A stretch of 64,000 nucleotides of DNA from an uncultured Clostridia bacterium. GTDB taxonomy: Bacteria; Bacillota; Clostridia; Christensenellales; Borkfalkiaceae. The first letter of the stretch is position 1; each line of letters begins with the position of its first letter. The stretch lies in the NCBI GenBank assembly GCA_934247935.1, contig CAKQKE010000003.1, forward strand, positions 12,964 to 76,963. Direction: 5' to 3'. Both the position numbers and the translations under genes were made by a program. This document shows, piece after piece, positions 1-8,827 of this stretch. Under the pieces are notes generated by a model, which saw only the letters and a list, made by a program, of their open reading frames with translations, searched no databases and was not told the origin of the DNA.

Positions 1-2342
1 CCGCTGCAATTTTCAAATGCATAGTCGCCGATTGACGTTACGCTATTAGGTATATTTATACTCGTAAGTCCGCCGCAAGCGGAAAATGCCCCAGGATCTA
101 TAGAAGTTACGCTGTCGGGAATTGTTATACTCGTAAGTCCGCTGCAACCGGAAAATGTCCCAGAATCTATAGAAGTTACGCTGTCGGGAATTGTTATACT
201 CGTAAGTCCGCTGCAACCGGAAAATGCCCCAGGATCTATAGAAGTTACGCTGTCGGGAATTGTTATACTCGTAAGTCCGCTGCAACCGGAAAATGCTCTT
301 CCGCCAATCGACGTTACGCCGTTTCCGATTGTTATACTCGTAAGTCCGCTGCAATTAATAAATGAAGAAGGTTTAATTGTCTTTATACCATCGCTTAAAA
401 TTACGGTTTTTAAACATGAAGGTATGTAATAATGATAATGCTTGTAAGTTTTAGAACTATAGTCGTATTCTTCATATTGACATGTTGCGCCGATTATCGA
501 AGACTCATACGAAGTCTCATATGAAGTAGTTGTCGTATATCCGAAAATATAACCAAATACTTCGTCATAACCAGTGCTTGCGGTTGTACTTTCCCCTATA
601 AACGGTAAAGTCATACTCTCTAATGACGAGCATCCGGAAAATGCTTCTTCACCGATTGACGTTACGCTATCCGGTATATTTATACTCGTAAGTCCGCTAC
701 AACCGGAAAATGCATACCAACCAATCGACGTTACACTATCGGGAATTGTTATACTCGTAAGTCTGCTACAATTATGGAAAGCCTTACCTCCGATTCCCGT
801 TACTTCTTTGCCTTTATATGCGGATTTTATTACGATATCCGTTTTGTCGCAATTTAATCCGATAACAATATAACCATTGCTTCTTTCTTGAAGTTTTACA
901 TCATATTCATCCCAAACTGCCGTCAACGTCACGTTGCCGATAGAGCCTTTTGCAATTTCGGTTACTTTAACGCCTCCTTGTCTCCACTCCACAAAATCGG
1001 CGTTTATGTAATAAGCATCGTTTAATACTATCGTTTTGCTTTCGATTGTATATTCGAGCAGGTTGAGCGAACTATTCGTACCGCTGCCGCAGTCGTAAGT
1101 TATTTTATAAACTATCGGCGTATAACTTGCATTAAACGTTACGTCTCCGATACTTCCTTTTTCTATTTTACCGTCGTTGTCCCAATTTGCAAAATCATAG
1201 CCGCGTTTTATCGGACAATTGACAAGCGTTATTTCGTCTTCGACCGTGTACGTCGTCGGATTTTCGCTGACTATTGTCCCGCCGTTTAAATTGTAATTAA
1301 TTTTGTAAGTGACAATATTCCAAGTTACATCAATCGTAGTATCTTTCGTAATTGGTTTTGTAAAATCGTAGTTCCATTTACCGAAAGTATAACCTCTCTT
1401 TTTAGGTGCGTCGGGCATTATTGCGCACGAATCTTCTTCTACTTTTTGCGTCGATACCGTCATATCACAATATGTGATAAAAGCAACATTATATACAGCG
1501 CGACGATGAATCGTAACTGTATAAGTTGTAGTATTATCTCCGATTATTTCTATAATATAAATCGTATTTTCCCCAACTGTTAACGGCACTTTTTTCGTAG
1601 GGATTTGCTGAGCGCCATAAACATCGAGAGAAACAACATACGTCGCTTTCCCGCTTACTTTTATTTCATCTACAAAATTAAATACCTCTTGTGAATTCGG
1701 AACTTTTGTGTATATAGTATTGTCTTCGTTTACCGTCAAAGACTTAAAAACAATCTCGTCTTTTTCAAGTTGAGGTATTTCTTCTGTATCAAGCAATCTT
1801 TCACACACTTCGCATTCTTTATGTCTTTTACCCACTTTTTCGTAAGTTGCCGCTTCGTCGATTATCCATTCGCCGGCTGTGTGTTTTGCCTTTCCGCTTA
1901 CCTCGGTAACATGTTCACACGTAGCCTTATGCCAATGATATTCGTCGTCACTTGTCCATTTTGCATCATACGTATGCGGTAATTTCGTCCCGACGTCTAA
2001 AATCGTATCGGTTGCGTCGCAACGGTCGCAAGTGGCGGTTTTTGTTCCGTCTTTTTCATGCGTTGCGTTGTTGTCCGAAACGTAGTTTTTAAAACTGTGC
2101 CCCAATGCGTTGCCATAAGCGAAAGTCGCCGTGCCTTTTTCTCCGCATTTGCACGAATAATAATACTTCGCCGCCTCTGTGCAAGTCGCTTCGCTGCATA
2201 AATACTCGTCCGTCACGTTTTCGACCGTGAACGAGTGCTTATGCTTGTTTCCGCCGTTGTTCCCCTTTCCGCATGCGGCAAAAGAAAGCGTCGTAAATAT
2301 GCACGCCGCTATACACAACGCCACAATTAAAATTTTCCTCAT
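1..2342 (-). CDS. Cell-surface lipoprotein with Listeria-Bacteroides (Flg_new / InlB B-type) repeats and BspA-type 23-aa leucine-rich repeats; the C-terminus runs off the window
   Basis: Absent from the ORF track because it has no in-window stop. Hand translation from ATG at 2342 (RBS AAAGGAGAAGAGG upstream) gives MRKILIVALCIAACIFTTLSFAACGKG (lipobox). This is followed by GYTFGKWNYDF and GYDFANWDNDG repeat modules, then repeated AFSGCSGLTSITIPDSVTSI units. The frame stays open to base 1. Confidence 0.8.
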   Translation of the reverse strand, partial: MRKILIVALCIAACIFTTLSFAACGKGNNGGNKHKHSFTVENVTDEYLCSEATCTEAAKYYYSCKCGEKGTATFAYGNALGHSFKNYVSDNNATHEKDGTKTATCDRCDATDTILDVGTKLPHTYDAKWTSDDEYHWHKATCEHVTEVSGKAKHTAGEWIIDEAATYEKVGKRHKECEVCERLLDTEEIPQLEKDEIVFKSLTVNEDNTIYTKVPNSQEVFNFVDEIKVSGKATYVVSLDVYGAQQIPTKKVPLTVGENTIYIIEIIGDNTTTYTVTIHRRAVYNVAFITYCDMTVSTQKVEEDSCAIMPDAPKKRGYTFGKWNYDFTKPITKDTTIDVTWNIVTYKINYNLNGGTIVSENPTTYTVEDEITLVNCPIKRGYDFANWDNDGKIEKGSIGDVTFNASYTPIVYKITYDCGSGTNSSLNLLEYTIESKTIVLNDAYYINADFVEWRQGGVKVTEIAKGSIGNVTLTAVWDEYDVKLQERSNGYIVIGLNCDKTDIVIKSAYKGKEVTGIGGKAFHNCSRLTSITIPDSVTSIGWYAFSGCSGLTSINIPDSVTSIGEEAFSGCSSLESMTLPFIGESTTASTGYDEVFGYIFGYTTTTSYETSYESSIIGATCQYEEYDYSSKTYKHYHYYIPSCLKTVILSDGIKTIKPSSFINCSGLTSITIGNGVTSIGGRAFSGCSGLTSITIPDSVTSIDPGAFSGCSGLTSITIPDSVTSIDSGTFSGCSGLTSITIPDSVTSIDPGAFSACGGLTSINIPNSVTSIGDYAFENCS
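46..405 (-). repeat. Tandem 69-bp (23-aa) LRR-coding units, near-identical at DNA level; two more units lie at about 640-800
   Basis: The string CTCGTAAGTCC recurs at 61, 130, 199, 268 and 337 (exact 69-bp period), and again at 685 and 754. Confidence 0.85.
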
Positions 2343-2537
2343 AACCTCTTCTCCTTTGAAATTTTTTTAATAAAAAAGTGCCGTATCCAAGCGAACACGA
2401 CACTAGCAAAGTGCGTTTTCGCTCAGTTGCGACACCAATTAACAATAATAACCTTCACGAAAAGATTTATGTAACGCGAAAAGGTACACTTATGCCCTAA
2501 GTATACGTTTCATGAAAGTTATTTAATTGGAGTCGCA
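2343..2537 (-). promoter_or_regulatory. Structured 5' leader (~195 nt) of the LRR lipoprotein gene: a long imperfect hairpin followed by competing hairpin and terminator-like stem with a U-run
   Basis: Arms 2428-2442/2523-2537 (15 bp, 1 mismatch) and 2448-2462/2508-2522 (13 of 15) enclose a 45-nt apex. A second hairpin lies at 2391-2422. On the minus strand GUGUCG-N14-CGGCAC is followed by UUUUUUAUU just before the RBS. Confidence 0.4.
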
Positions 2538-2542
2538 GATTA

Positions 2543-2571
2543 ATTTTACCACTTTTCCCGAATTTTTGCAA
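2543..2571 (-). promoter_or_regulatory. Sigma-A type promoter (TTGCAA-17-TAAAAT) placing the TSS at the start of the long hairpin
   Basis: On the minus strand, TTGCAA is at 2571-2566 and TAAAAT at 2548-2543, with a 17-nt spacer. Confidence 0.55.
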
Positions 2572-2943
2572 TAAAATTAATAAAATATTTACTTTTAAGC
2601 CACATTTACCGATTAAAATCGTGATTTTTATATCTATAACATTGCTAATCGGACTCAAAAAGTCGCGCACATAAACTTAACCGAACGCAATTATAGTATT
2701 TGATGTATTCGACGTAAAAAAGATGGCAACACTGCTTTTGTAACCGTATATCTATTATATTCCTGCCATATGCCGCATACAATTATTAAGCGAAACATTA
2801 AGCAAAAGCGCGTCGGCGCATAAATTTCAAGATAAATTTTGAGTTAAAATCACAAATATGCGGTAATATTTTCTTTTATGTCTTTACAAAATTATACTAA
2901 AATGTTATACTGTAACCATAAAAATATAAATCTGAGGTCTATC

Positions 2944-4164
2944 ATGGATTTTAAAACGTTATACGGCGAACATTACAACGCCGAAGAACAACAAAAAAGA
3001 TACCAATATATTACCGACGTTTTCAAGAAAAACGAAAACGAAGACCCGAGTTATTTCTTTTCTTCTCCCGGAAGGGCTGAAATTCTCGGCAACCACACCG
3101 ACCACAACCACGGCAAAGTAATCGTTGCCGCAATCAGTTGCGATTTATTAGCCGCAGTAAAGAAAACTAACGACAGAATCGTAAAAATTTGCTCCGTCGG
3201 TTATGCCCCCGTTTGCGTAAACCTTGACGAAACCGAATTGGATAAAAACGAATACGGCACTTCTCAGGCACTTACAAAAGGCGTAATTCAAGCACTTAAA
3301 GACAGAGGTCTTTTTGAAAAACTCGGCGGCTTTACCGCGCACACCATTTCAAGCATATTCAAGGGTGCGGGCGTTTCGTCGTCGGCGGCGTTTGAAGTGC
3401 TTGTATGCGAAATTTTCAACAAACTTTACCTTAACGAAGTACTTACCGACGTGGATAAAGCGGTTATTTCTCAATACAGCGAAAACGTATATTTCGGCAA
3501 GCCGTGCGGACTTCTGGACCAAAGCGGAATTGCCATAGGTTCGCTTTGCAAACTTGATTTTAACGAGCCGACAAAACCCGTAATTACAAAACTCGCTCAA
3601 CCCAAAGGCTATACGCTCGTACTTACAAACACGGGCGGAGACCACGCCGCGCTCACCCCGCACTACGCCGCAATAAGACAAGAAATGGAAAGCGTCGCCG
3701 AATATTTCGGCAAAAAGGTTTTAAGAGACGTACCTTATCGAGATTTTATGGCGGCTATCCCCTCGCTTAAAGAGAAATTCAGCGGCAGGGCTATTATGCG
3801 CGCCCTTCACTTCTACAACGAAAACAATCGCGTTGACCTTGCGGAAAAGGCTCTTGCAGAGGGCGACACAAAGACTTTCCTTAAATGCGTAAACGAATCC
3901 GGACTTTCAAGCCTTAATCTTTTGCAAAACTGCTACGTCCCCGGTGACGTTATGCAACCCGTTGTACTCGGAATAGAACTTTCGAGACAAATAATTAAAG
4001 ACGGCGCAATAAGAGTACACGGCGGCGGATTTGCCGGTTCTATCCTCGCGTTTGTCAAAGAAGAAGACACCGCGGAATACGTAAAAACGATGAAGTCGGT
4101 ATTCGGCGAAGAAAACGTGTTTACCGCAAACATCAGAGGCGTAGGCACTACTTTCGTAAAATAA
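2944..4164 (+). CDS. GHMP-family sugar 1-kinase, galactokinase-like
   Basis: SPGRAEILGNHTDHNHGKV resembles the galactokinase signature GRVNLIGEHTDY. The protein also has GAGVSSSAA (GHMP ATP motif) and C-terminal GGGFAGSILAF. Start chosen at ATG 2944 (GAGG 6 nt upstream); the track ORF begins at 2878. Confidence 0.8.
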   Translation: MDFKTLYGEHYNAEEQQKRYQYITDVFKKNENEDPSYFFSSPGRAEILGNHTDHNHGKVIVAAISCDLLAAVKKTNDRIVKICSVGYAPVCVNLDETELDKNEYGTSQALTKGVIQALKDRGLFEKLGGFTAHTISSIFKGAGVSSSAAFEVLVCEIFNKLYLNEVLTDVDKAVISQYSENVYFGKPCGLLDQSGIAIGSLCKLDFNEPTKPVITKLAQPKGYTLVLTNTGGDHAALTPHYAAIRQEMESVAEYFGKKVLRDVPYRDFMAAIPSLKEKFSGRAIMRALHFYNENNRVDLAEKALAEGDTKTFLKCVNESGLSSLNLLQNCYVPGDVMQPVVLGIELSRQIIKDGAIRVHGGGFAGSILAFVKEEDTAEYVKTMKSVFGEENVFTANIRGVGTTFVK

Positions 4165-4186
4165 TCTGACCATACTCCCTTTTCAT

Positions 4187-4237
4187 ATACCCCCTTTATT
4201 AAGGATTTTCCCTTTTTCAAAGGGGGTATTTTTTTTG
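4187..4237 (+). terminator. Rho-independent terminator after the kinase gene
   Basis: ATACCCCCTTT...AAAGGGGGTAT stem followed by T8. Confidence 0.8.
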
Positions 4238-4421
4238 CGGATTTTTAGTGCGGTATTTTTAAAGTTTGCGGCGCGCTGCTTTAAATTGCGATTTATAATG
4301 TTTTTAGTTGGTTGCTTGCAACGTTATAAATCAAGCCTTACCGTTTTTTAATTGCGGTTTAATGAACTTTTATAAAGTAACAAATTGACTTTTATCATTT
4401 TTTATATTGTAAAACGGCTGA

Positions 4422-4446
4422 TTTTACGCAATACGTATGCGGTAAA
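4422..4446. repeat. Copy A of the ATACGTAT-core palindrome family
   Basis: TTTTACGCAATACGTATGCGGTAAA, located in the intergenic region downstream of the kinase gene. Confidence 0.7.
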
Positions 4447-4696
4447 CTCGTCATTTTATCAAAACGCACCCACTCGGCAACTCGCTCGACAAAAAACACT
4501 TTTAAAAAAATATTTTTACTTTGCTCTACTCTTTTAAAACCGTAAATGCGTATTTATTTTACATACAGCCTAAGTATATTTTAAAAATTTGTAAATAGGT
4601 TTTTCTGTAAAAAAACGAAAAAACTATTGTTTAAAAGCCACAAATATTGTATAATAAATAAAAAGCAAATTTAAAAACGAAACACGGAATTATTTT

Positions 4697-4921
4697 ATGA
4701 AACTATTAAACAGAGTCGAACTTATTGCAGATAAAAAAAGATACACCGATTTAGGTCTGAAAAAGGGCGATAAAGGCATAGTGCTCGGCGAAGAACGTGC
4801 GGGCGGCTATTGGCTGGTTTATTTTGACGGAGAAATTTTCCAAGACGTGGACGGGATTTGGAAAACCACCGAAATTGACGCCGCCGTAAAAGAAGAGGAC
4901 GTAAAAGTAATTGAAGAATAA
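4697..4921 (+). CDS. Small (74 aa) hypothetical protein, possibly an SH3-like / DUF4926-like fold
   Basis: ORF preceded by TTGTTT-17-TATAAT (about 4629-4657). It is a paralog of the next ORF. The family assignment is from remembered sequence pattern only. Confidence 0.6.
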   Translation: MKLLNRVELIADKKRYTDLGLKKGDKGIVLGEERAGGYWLVYFDGEIFQDVDGIWKTTEIDAAVKEEDVKVIEE

Positions 4922-5059
4922 GCGGCGCAAAATAAAAATTTTTGACTAAAAGCAAAATTTTTAGTCCTTACTTACCTTTAAAAACGCATTATTTTGCGTT
5001 TCTTGTTTGCAATAAATTGCGTCGTAGGCTATTTCAAGCAAGTTTTTAGTTTGGATAAA

Positions 5060-5287
5060 ATGAAAGAATATGACAGAGTCGAACTTATTGAAGACAATTC
5101 AGACTGTATGAAAAGAGGAATTAAAAAAGGCGATAAAGGTATAATTTTAGGTCCGAAAAGACACGGCTATTGGCTGGTTTATTTCGACGGGGAAATTTTT
5201 CAAGACGTAGACGGGATTTGGAAAACCACCGAAATAGACGTGGGCGTTTTGGAAAAATATTTAAAAGTGATTAAAGAAAGCGATTAG
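5060..5287 (+). CDS. Small (75 aa) paralog of 4697..4921
   Basis: MKEYDRVELIEDNSD...GYWLVYFDGEIFQDVDGIWKTTEID is shared with the upstream ORF. Start moved to ATG 5060. Confidence 0.6.
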   Translation: MKEYDRVELIEDNSDCMKRGIKKGDKGIILGPKRHGYWLVYFDGEIFQDVDGIWKTTEIDVGVLEKYLKVIKESD

Positions 5288-5297
5288 TTTAATATTG

Positions 5298-5329
5298 AAA
5301 ACGGGTTTGGCAAAAGCCAAACCCGTTTT
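5298..5329. terminator. Bidirectional terminator between convergent genes
   Basis: 14-bp stem AAAACGGGTTTGGC / GCCAAACCCGTTTT with an AAAA loop. Confidence 0.85.
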
Positions 5330-5356
5330 CATTGTTTATTCGCTATAAATTGTCAA

Positions 5357-5383
5357 TTTTACTCAATACGTATACCGTAAAAA
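5357..5383. repeat. Copy B of the palindrome family, abutting the stop codon at 5384
   Basis: TTTTACTCAATACGTATACCGTAAAAA. Confidence 0.7.
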
Positions 5384-7324
5384 TTACAAATTGCCGAAAC
5401 CGTGCTCGCTGTCCGAATCGCTGATAATATCGGAATCGGTCGACGAATCTGTATCGGTAGAAGAATCGCCGTCACTGCCCGAACCGCCCTGACCACCCGA
5501 AAGGAACAAATCGGTCGAATACATTTTTACGTATTGTTTGCTTATTGTAAAGCCGTCTTCCACTTTGTAAGAAGTAATATATCCGTCGGAAATAGTGTAC
5601 AAATATCCGTCGTAACATCTCGCCCTCAATATTCTTCTTCTGAAGGCTTCAAGCCCCGAATAACTGTCGGTTTTGCCGTAATCGTCGCCCTCTTCGCCGA
5701 AATTGCTTAAATAAGTCACTGCCCTTAAATTGCTGCCTTCAACCTTGAAAACGAGCAACATATTATAAGAACTGCGCGAACTGTAATAACCGTCGCTGTA
5801 TACATATTTACGCCTGCTGATACTGAAAGCGAATGCTCCGTCATCGAAAATACAAATTGCCCTCGGCTCGTCCAAAGCCTCGCAAGCATAAACGTCGCTT
5901 ACCACGATATAATCCAACAAAACGGGAGAAGCACCCGACGAGTCGTACAAATTTACCCTGACGGTATCCGTTCTCGCTCCGGTTTGCGTGCCGTCGTATC
6001 CGACGCCTATCATTCTGTTTTCGGCAACGACTTGCAAATGCGACGAATAACCCTCGATTGAAAGTTGACCGAGTATAGTCATTTGCGCGGGATTGGTTAC
6101 GTCAATTTTGAAAAGCGGGTCGGTTTGGCGGAAAGTAGTGACGTAGCAATAATATTTTCCGTCCGCCTCTTCATAAGTGACCGATTTTATTTGTTCGTTT
6201 TCGGCAAAAGTTTCACTCTTGGAAATAAGCGACATTTCGTTTGTGTTGAGCGAAACGATTTTGTTGTCGATTAAAGTCGTATAACCGTTTTGTTTGTTGC
6301 GTTTCGTGACGACCATATAAAGCGTATCGCCAAATTCTTTCAACGCATATCTGTCGTCAAGGTCGTAATCCTGAAGTCTTACACCGTATTTGGCAACCAT
6401 GGTGTTTAAGTCCACTTTCATGACGTAACTGTTTTTCGTGTAATTGTAATAACCATAAGAATAACAGCCGCCCGAAGACTCGGGGTCTTTATTTCTGACC
6501 GAACAATTAAAAATGGGGTAAATGGCGTTTTCGGTCATATAAATATCTTTTAAATATGCGCCGTAATAGCCCTTTGCGGTTGCACCTTTACTTAAATCGT
6601 TGATATCGACGCAAGCAAAACCCGTAACCTGGTCTTCTCCGTAACCTTCTATCGAATTGGGAATACGACTTATCGTCATATTTTTATACGTTGCGGATTC
6701 TCCCGTTTTTTCAAGGTAATTTACCGTGACGACATTGCTGCCGCCCGTAATATCGGAAGAATACGTTTTGTTGTAAGTGTAAAAAGCGAAATACAACTTA
6801 CCCGAACCGTCTACGATTCTCGAAGTGACGAATTTTCCGCCGATTAAATCAAACGTATACTCTAAATTATCTTTTAAATCGACAGCCTCGTTGCCGTAAT
6901 CGTCCGGGAGTGAAATTACGCTTATCGTCAAAGTGTTGTACGATTGATAATAATAGTTGACGTACTTATCTTCGCCGAAAAACGAATTGACTTTTCCCGC
7001 AATCAAAACGACGTTTTTACCGCATACGTACATCTCAATCGGGATAATCTGAGTGTTGCTGAAAGAATAAAAACCAACGGTTTTAATATCTCCCTTGTCG
7101 ACGTCGTTTATGGTCAAACCGTCGCATTGAAGTTTGTAAATGCGACTGCCGTACATTTTTACGATATCGCCCTCGTCTACCCCTTCTTCCTGAGTGTTTG
7201 TTCCGCCGTGATCGCCCGAAGCACCCGAATCGTCTTTCCCGTTTGCACCGCCGCACGAAACGGCAAAAACGCATAACGAAGCGGATAACAGTACAATCAA
7301 AATGCTAATCAATGCTTTTTTCAT
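5384..7324 (-). CDS. Secreted lipoprotein with a C-terminal beta-propeller domain (Beta_propel / COG4880-like)
   Basis: Start at MKKALISILIVLLSASLCVFAVSCGG (lipobox). The overall pattern matches the Firmicutes/archaeal beta-propeller domain proteins I remember. Acidic Ser/Asp/Thr-rich tail. Confidence 0.7.
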   Translation of the reverse strand: MKKALISILIVLLSASLCVFAVSCGGANGKDDSGASGDHGGTNTQEEGVDEGDIVKMYGSRIYKLQCDGLTINDVDKGDIKTVGFYSFSNTQIIPIEMYVCGKNVVLIAGKVNSFFGEDKYVNYYYQSYNTLTISVISLPDDYGNEAVDLKDNLEYTFDLIGGKFVTSRIVDGSGKLYFAFYTYNKTYSSDITGGSNVVTVNYLEKTGESATYKNMTISRIPNSIEGYGEDQVTGFACVDINDLSKGATAKGYYGAYLKDIYMTENAIYPIFNCSVRNKDPESSGGCYSYGYYNYTKNSYVMKVDLNTMVAKYGVRLQDYDLDDRYALKEFGDTLYMVVTKRNKQNGYTTLIDNKIVSLNTNEMSLISKSETFAENEQIKSVTYEEADGKYYCYVTTFRQTDPLFKIDVTNPAQMTILGQLSIEGYSSHLQVVAENRMIGVGYDGTQTGARTDTVRVNLYDSSGASPVLLDYIVVSDVYACEALDEPRAICIFDDGAFAFSISRRKYVYSDGYYSSRSSYNMLLVFKVEGSNLRAVTYLSNFGEEGDDYGKTDSYSGLEAFRRRILRARCYDGYLYTISDGYITSYKVEDGFTISKQYVKMYSTDLFLSGGQGGSGSDGDSSTDTDSSTDSDIISDSDSEHGFGNL

Positions 7325-7959
7325 TTCTTGCTCCTTTGCCCCGCAAACATAATATAAACCGCAACAAAAATTACGATTATAGTCAAATATTGCAAAGGCG
7401 TAAATATCCACAATTTTTCAATACTATACGTATTTTTGAAAAACTCCACAACAAACCTGAAAACCGAATATCCACATAAAAAATACTTATATTTGATTTT
7501 TTTAGTAATCGCATTGTACACGAGCGCGATACAGCAAAGCAATATTTCCGTCTGAACAATGGGGAAACTGCCGCCGCAACACTTTGCGTACAAGCACGCC
7601 AACCTCGACAAACAAATAAACACAAGCATGCTGTTTACGTAATTATCGAAATCGCTTTTTTTGTATACTTTTGCCATAATTACCGCACTTAAAGTGAAAA
7701 ACACCAAGCCGTAATAAATGCCGAAAGACGAAAACATATACCTGTCGCTCGTTGAAAGCGCGCCGCTTATGGCCGTTGCCGTCGCCGTTGAAAGCAAAAC
7801 GCCGACTATAGCGTTGACTACAGCCATAAAAATCAAATCTTTAAAGTCTTTTTCGCCCTTTATTTTATATATGTAATATACCGCCGAAACGATACCCGCA
7901 AAAAGTATAATAGCGTAATATTTCGGCTGGGTTTTTATAGATTGAACAATTTTTTCCAT
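7321..7959 (-). CDS. Short prolipoprotein diacylglyceryl transferase (Lgt) family membrane protein
   Basis: LSRLACLYAKCCGG resembles GRIGCFLNGCCYG, PIVQTEILL resembles HPTQLYE, and GYSVFRFVVEFFKN resembles YGxxRFxxEFFR of Lgt. Multi-TM. At 212 aa it is shorter than canonical Lgt. Its TGA overlaps the downstream ATG (ATGA). Confidence 0.55.
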   Translation of the reverse strand: MEKIVQSIKTQPKYYAIILFAGIVSAVYYIYKIKGEKDFKDLIFMAVVNAIVGVLLSTATATAISGALSTSDRYMFSSFGIYYGLVFFTLSAVIMAKVYKKSDFDNYVNSMLVFICLSRLACLYAKCCGGSFPIVQTEILLCCIALVYNAITKKIKYKYFLCGYSVFRFVVEFFKNTYSIEKLWIFTPLQYLTIIVIFVAVYIMFAGQRSKK

Positions 7960-7996
7960 TTATTTAAATTTAATATTTTTCCGTCTTGTCGACTTA

Positions 7997-8025
7997 ATTA
8001 TATCATATGATCATTCCGTTTTCAA
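7997..8025 (-). promoter_or_regulatory. Consensus sigma-A promoter TTGAAA-17-TATAAT for the Lgt-like / beta-propeller pair
   Basis: On the minus strand, TTGAAA is at 8025-8020 and TATAAT at 8002-7997. Confidence 0.6.
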
Positions 8026-8104
8026 TACTTTTTAAAAATTTTGCGCCTATATTGACGTATTACCGCACATTTTTCGATACGTTTTTGCCACAATCTCATT
8101 AAAC

Positions 8105-8827
8105 TCACAACACCGTAGTGTATCCGGGGGTGTTCGTTTTCAGTTTATTCTTCATTTCTTTCCAATAGGGCATAAATTTGCTTTCGAGCATTTTAAACTC
8201 TTTGCCGTGATTCGGCACGGCTAAATGGCACAGTTCGTGCATAATCACGTACTCGATTTCTTCTACCGAACGGCTGAAAAGTTGCAGCGCAAACGTAATT
8301 TCTCTCATTTTGTAATCGCACCTGCCCCACACGCTTTTCAGGTTTTTATATTTAACCGCCGACGGCGCAAGCCCCGTGATATTAAGCCACTTGGGCATAA
8401 GCGTATCTATCGCGCGTTTAAGTCCCGATAAATAAAAGTCTTCAACTTCTTTTTTTATGTCTTTTTGCGTGAGTTTTGGCGTTTTTACGACAAACGTATG
8501 CTCCGTTTCGCCCAGAAAGACTGATTTTTCGCTGCTTGCCTTTACAGTCAGAACATACTTTTTACCGAGCACGTAAAACGTTTCGCCGTCAACGTATTTC
8601 CTGTCTTTTTTTACGGGCTTGCTTTTGCATTGATTTACTCTTTTGACAAGCCAATCATACTTGCTTAAAGCGAAATCAACGCCTTTTTCTATCGAGGTAT
8701 AAGCAGGTACGGTAAGTACGACTCTGCCGCCGGGATAAACCGTCAGGCGAAGCGACTTTACTCTTTTAAAAACAACTTCTGCCTTTACGTCTTTTATATG
8801 TACGATTTTCGTCGATTTCTCTTTCAT
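8105..8827 (-). CDS. YgjP-like (DUF45 / M48-type) zinc metallopeptidase
   Basis: HELCHLAVPNHGKEF (HExxH) sits in the typical C-terminal context. Start moved to ATG 8827 (AAGG RBS). Confidence 0.8.
   Translation of the reverse strand: MKEKSTKIVHIKDVKAEVVFKRVKSLRLTVYPGGRVVLTVPAYTSIEKGVDFALSKYDWLVKRVNQCKSKPVKKDRKYVDGETFYVLGKKYVLTVKASSEKSVFLGETEHTFVVKTPKLTQKDIKKEVEDFYLSGLKRAIDTLMPKWLNITGLAPSAVKYKNLKSVWGRCDYKMREITFALQLFSRSVEEIEYVIMHELCHLAVPNHGKEFKMLESKFMPYWKEMKNKLKTNTPGYTTVL

Noticed and set aside
46-873. Track ORFs 46..354 (-) and 574..873 (+), which have repetitive peptides (LQRTYEYNNSRQRNFYR..).
   Set aside because: They are off-frame or antisense readings of the 69-bp LRR repeats. The sensible frame (AFSGCSGLTSITIPDSVTSI) belongs to the long edge-truncated gene 1..2342 (-).
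1959-1985. Palindrome-family-like sequence TTTTGCATCATACGTATGCGGTAATTT inside the LRR lipoprotein CDS.
   Set aside because: Only the right arm and core match; the left arm is not complementary. It is in frame, coding for LPHTYDAKW. It is mentioned in the family finding but not counted as a copy.
2343-2537. Possibility that the LRR gene leader is a c-di-GMP (GEMM-I/II) riboswitch, as often seen before clostridial surface proteins.
   Set aside because: I could not find the conserved GGCAAACC / ACGCAAAGC type elements on either strand. It is kept only as an unclassified structured leader.
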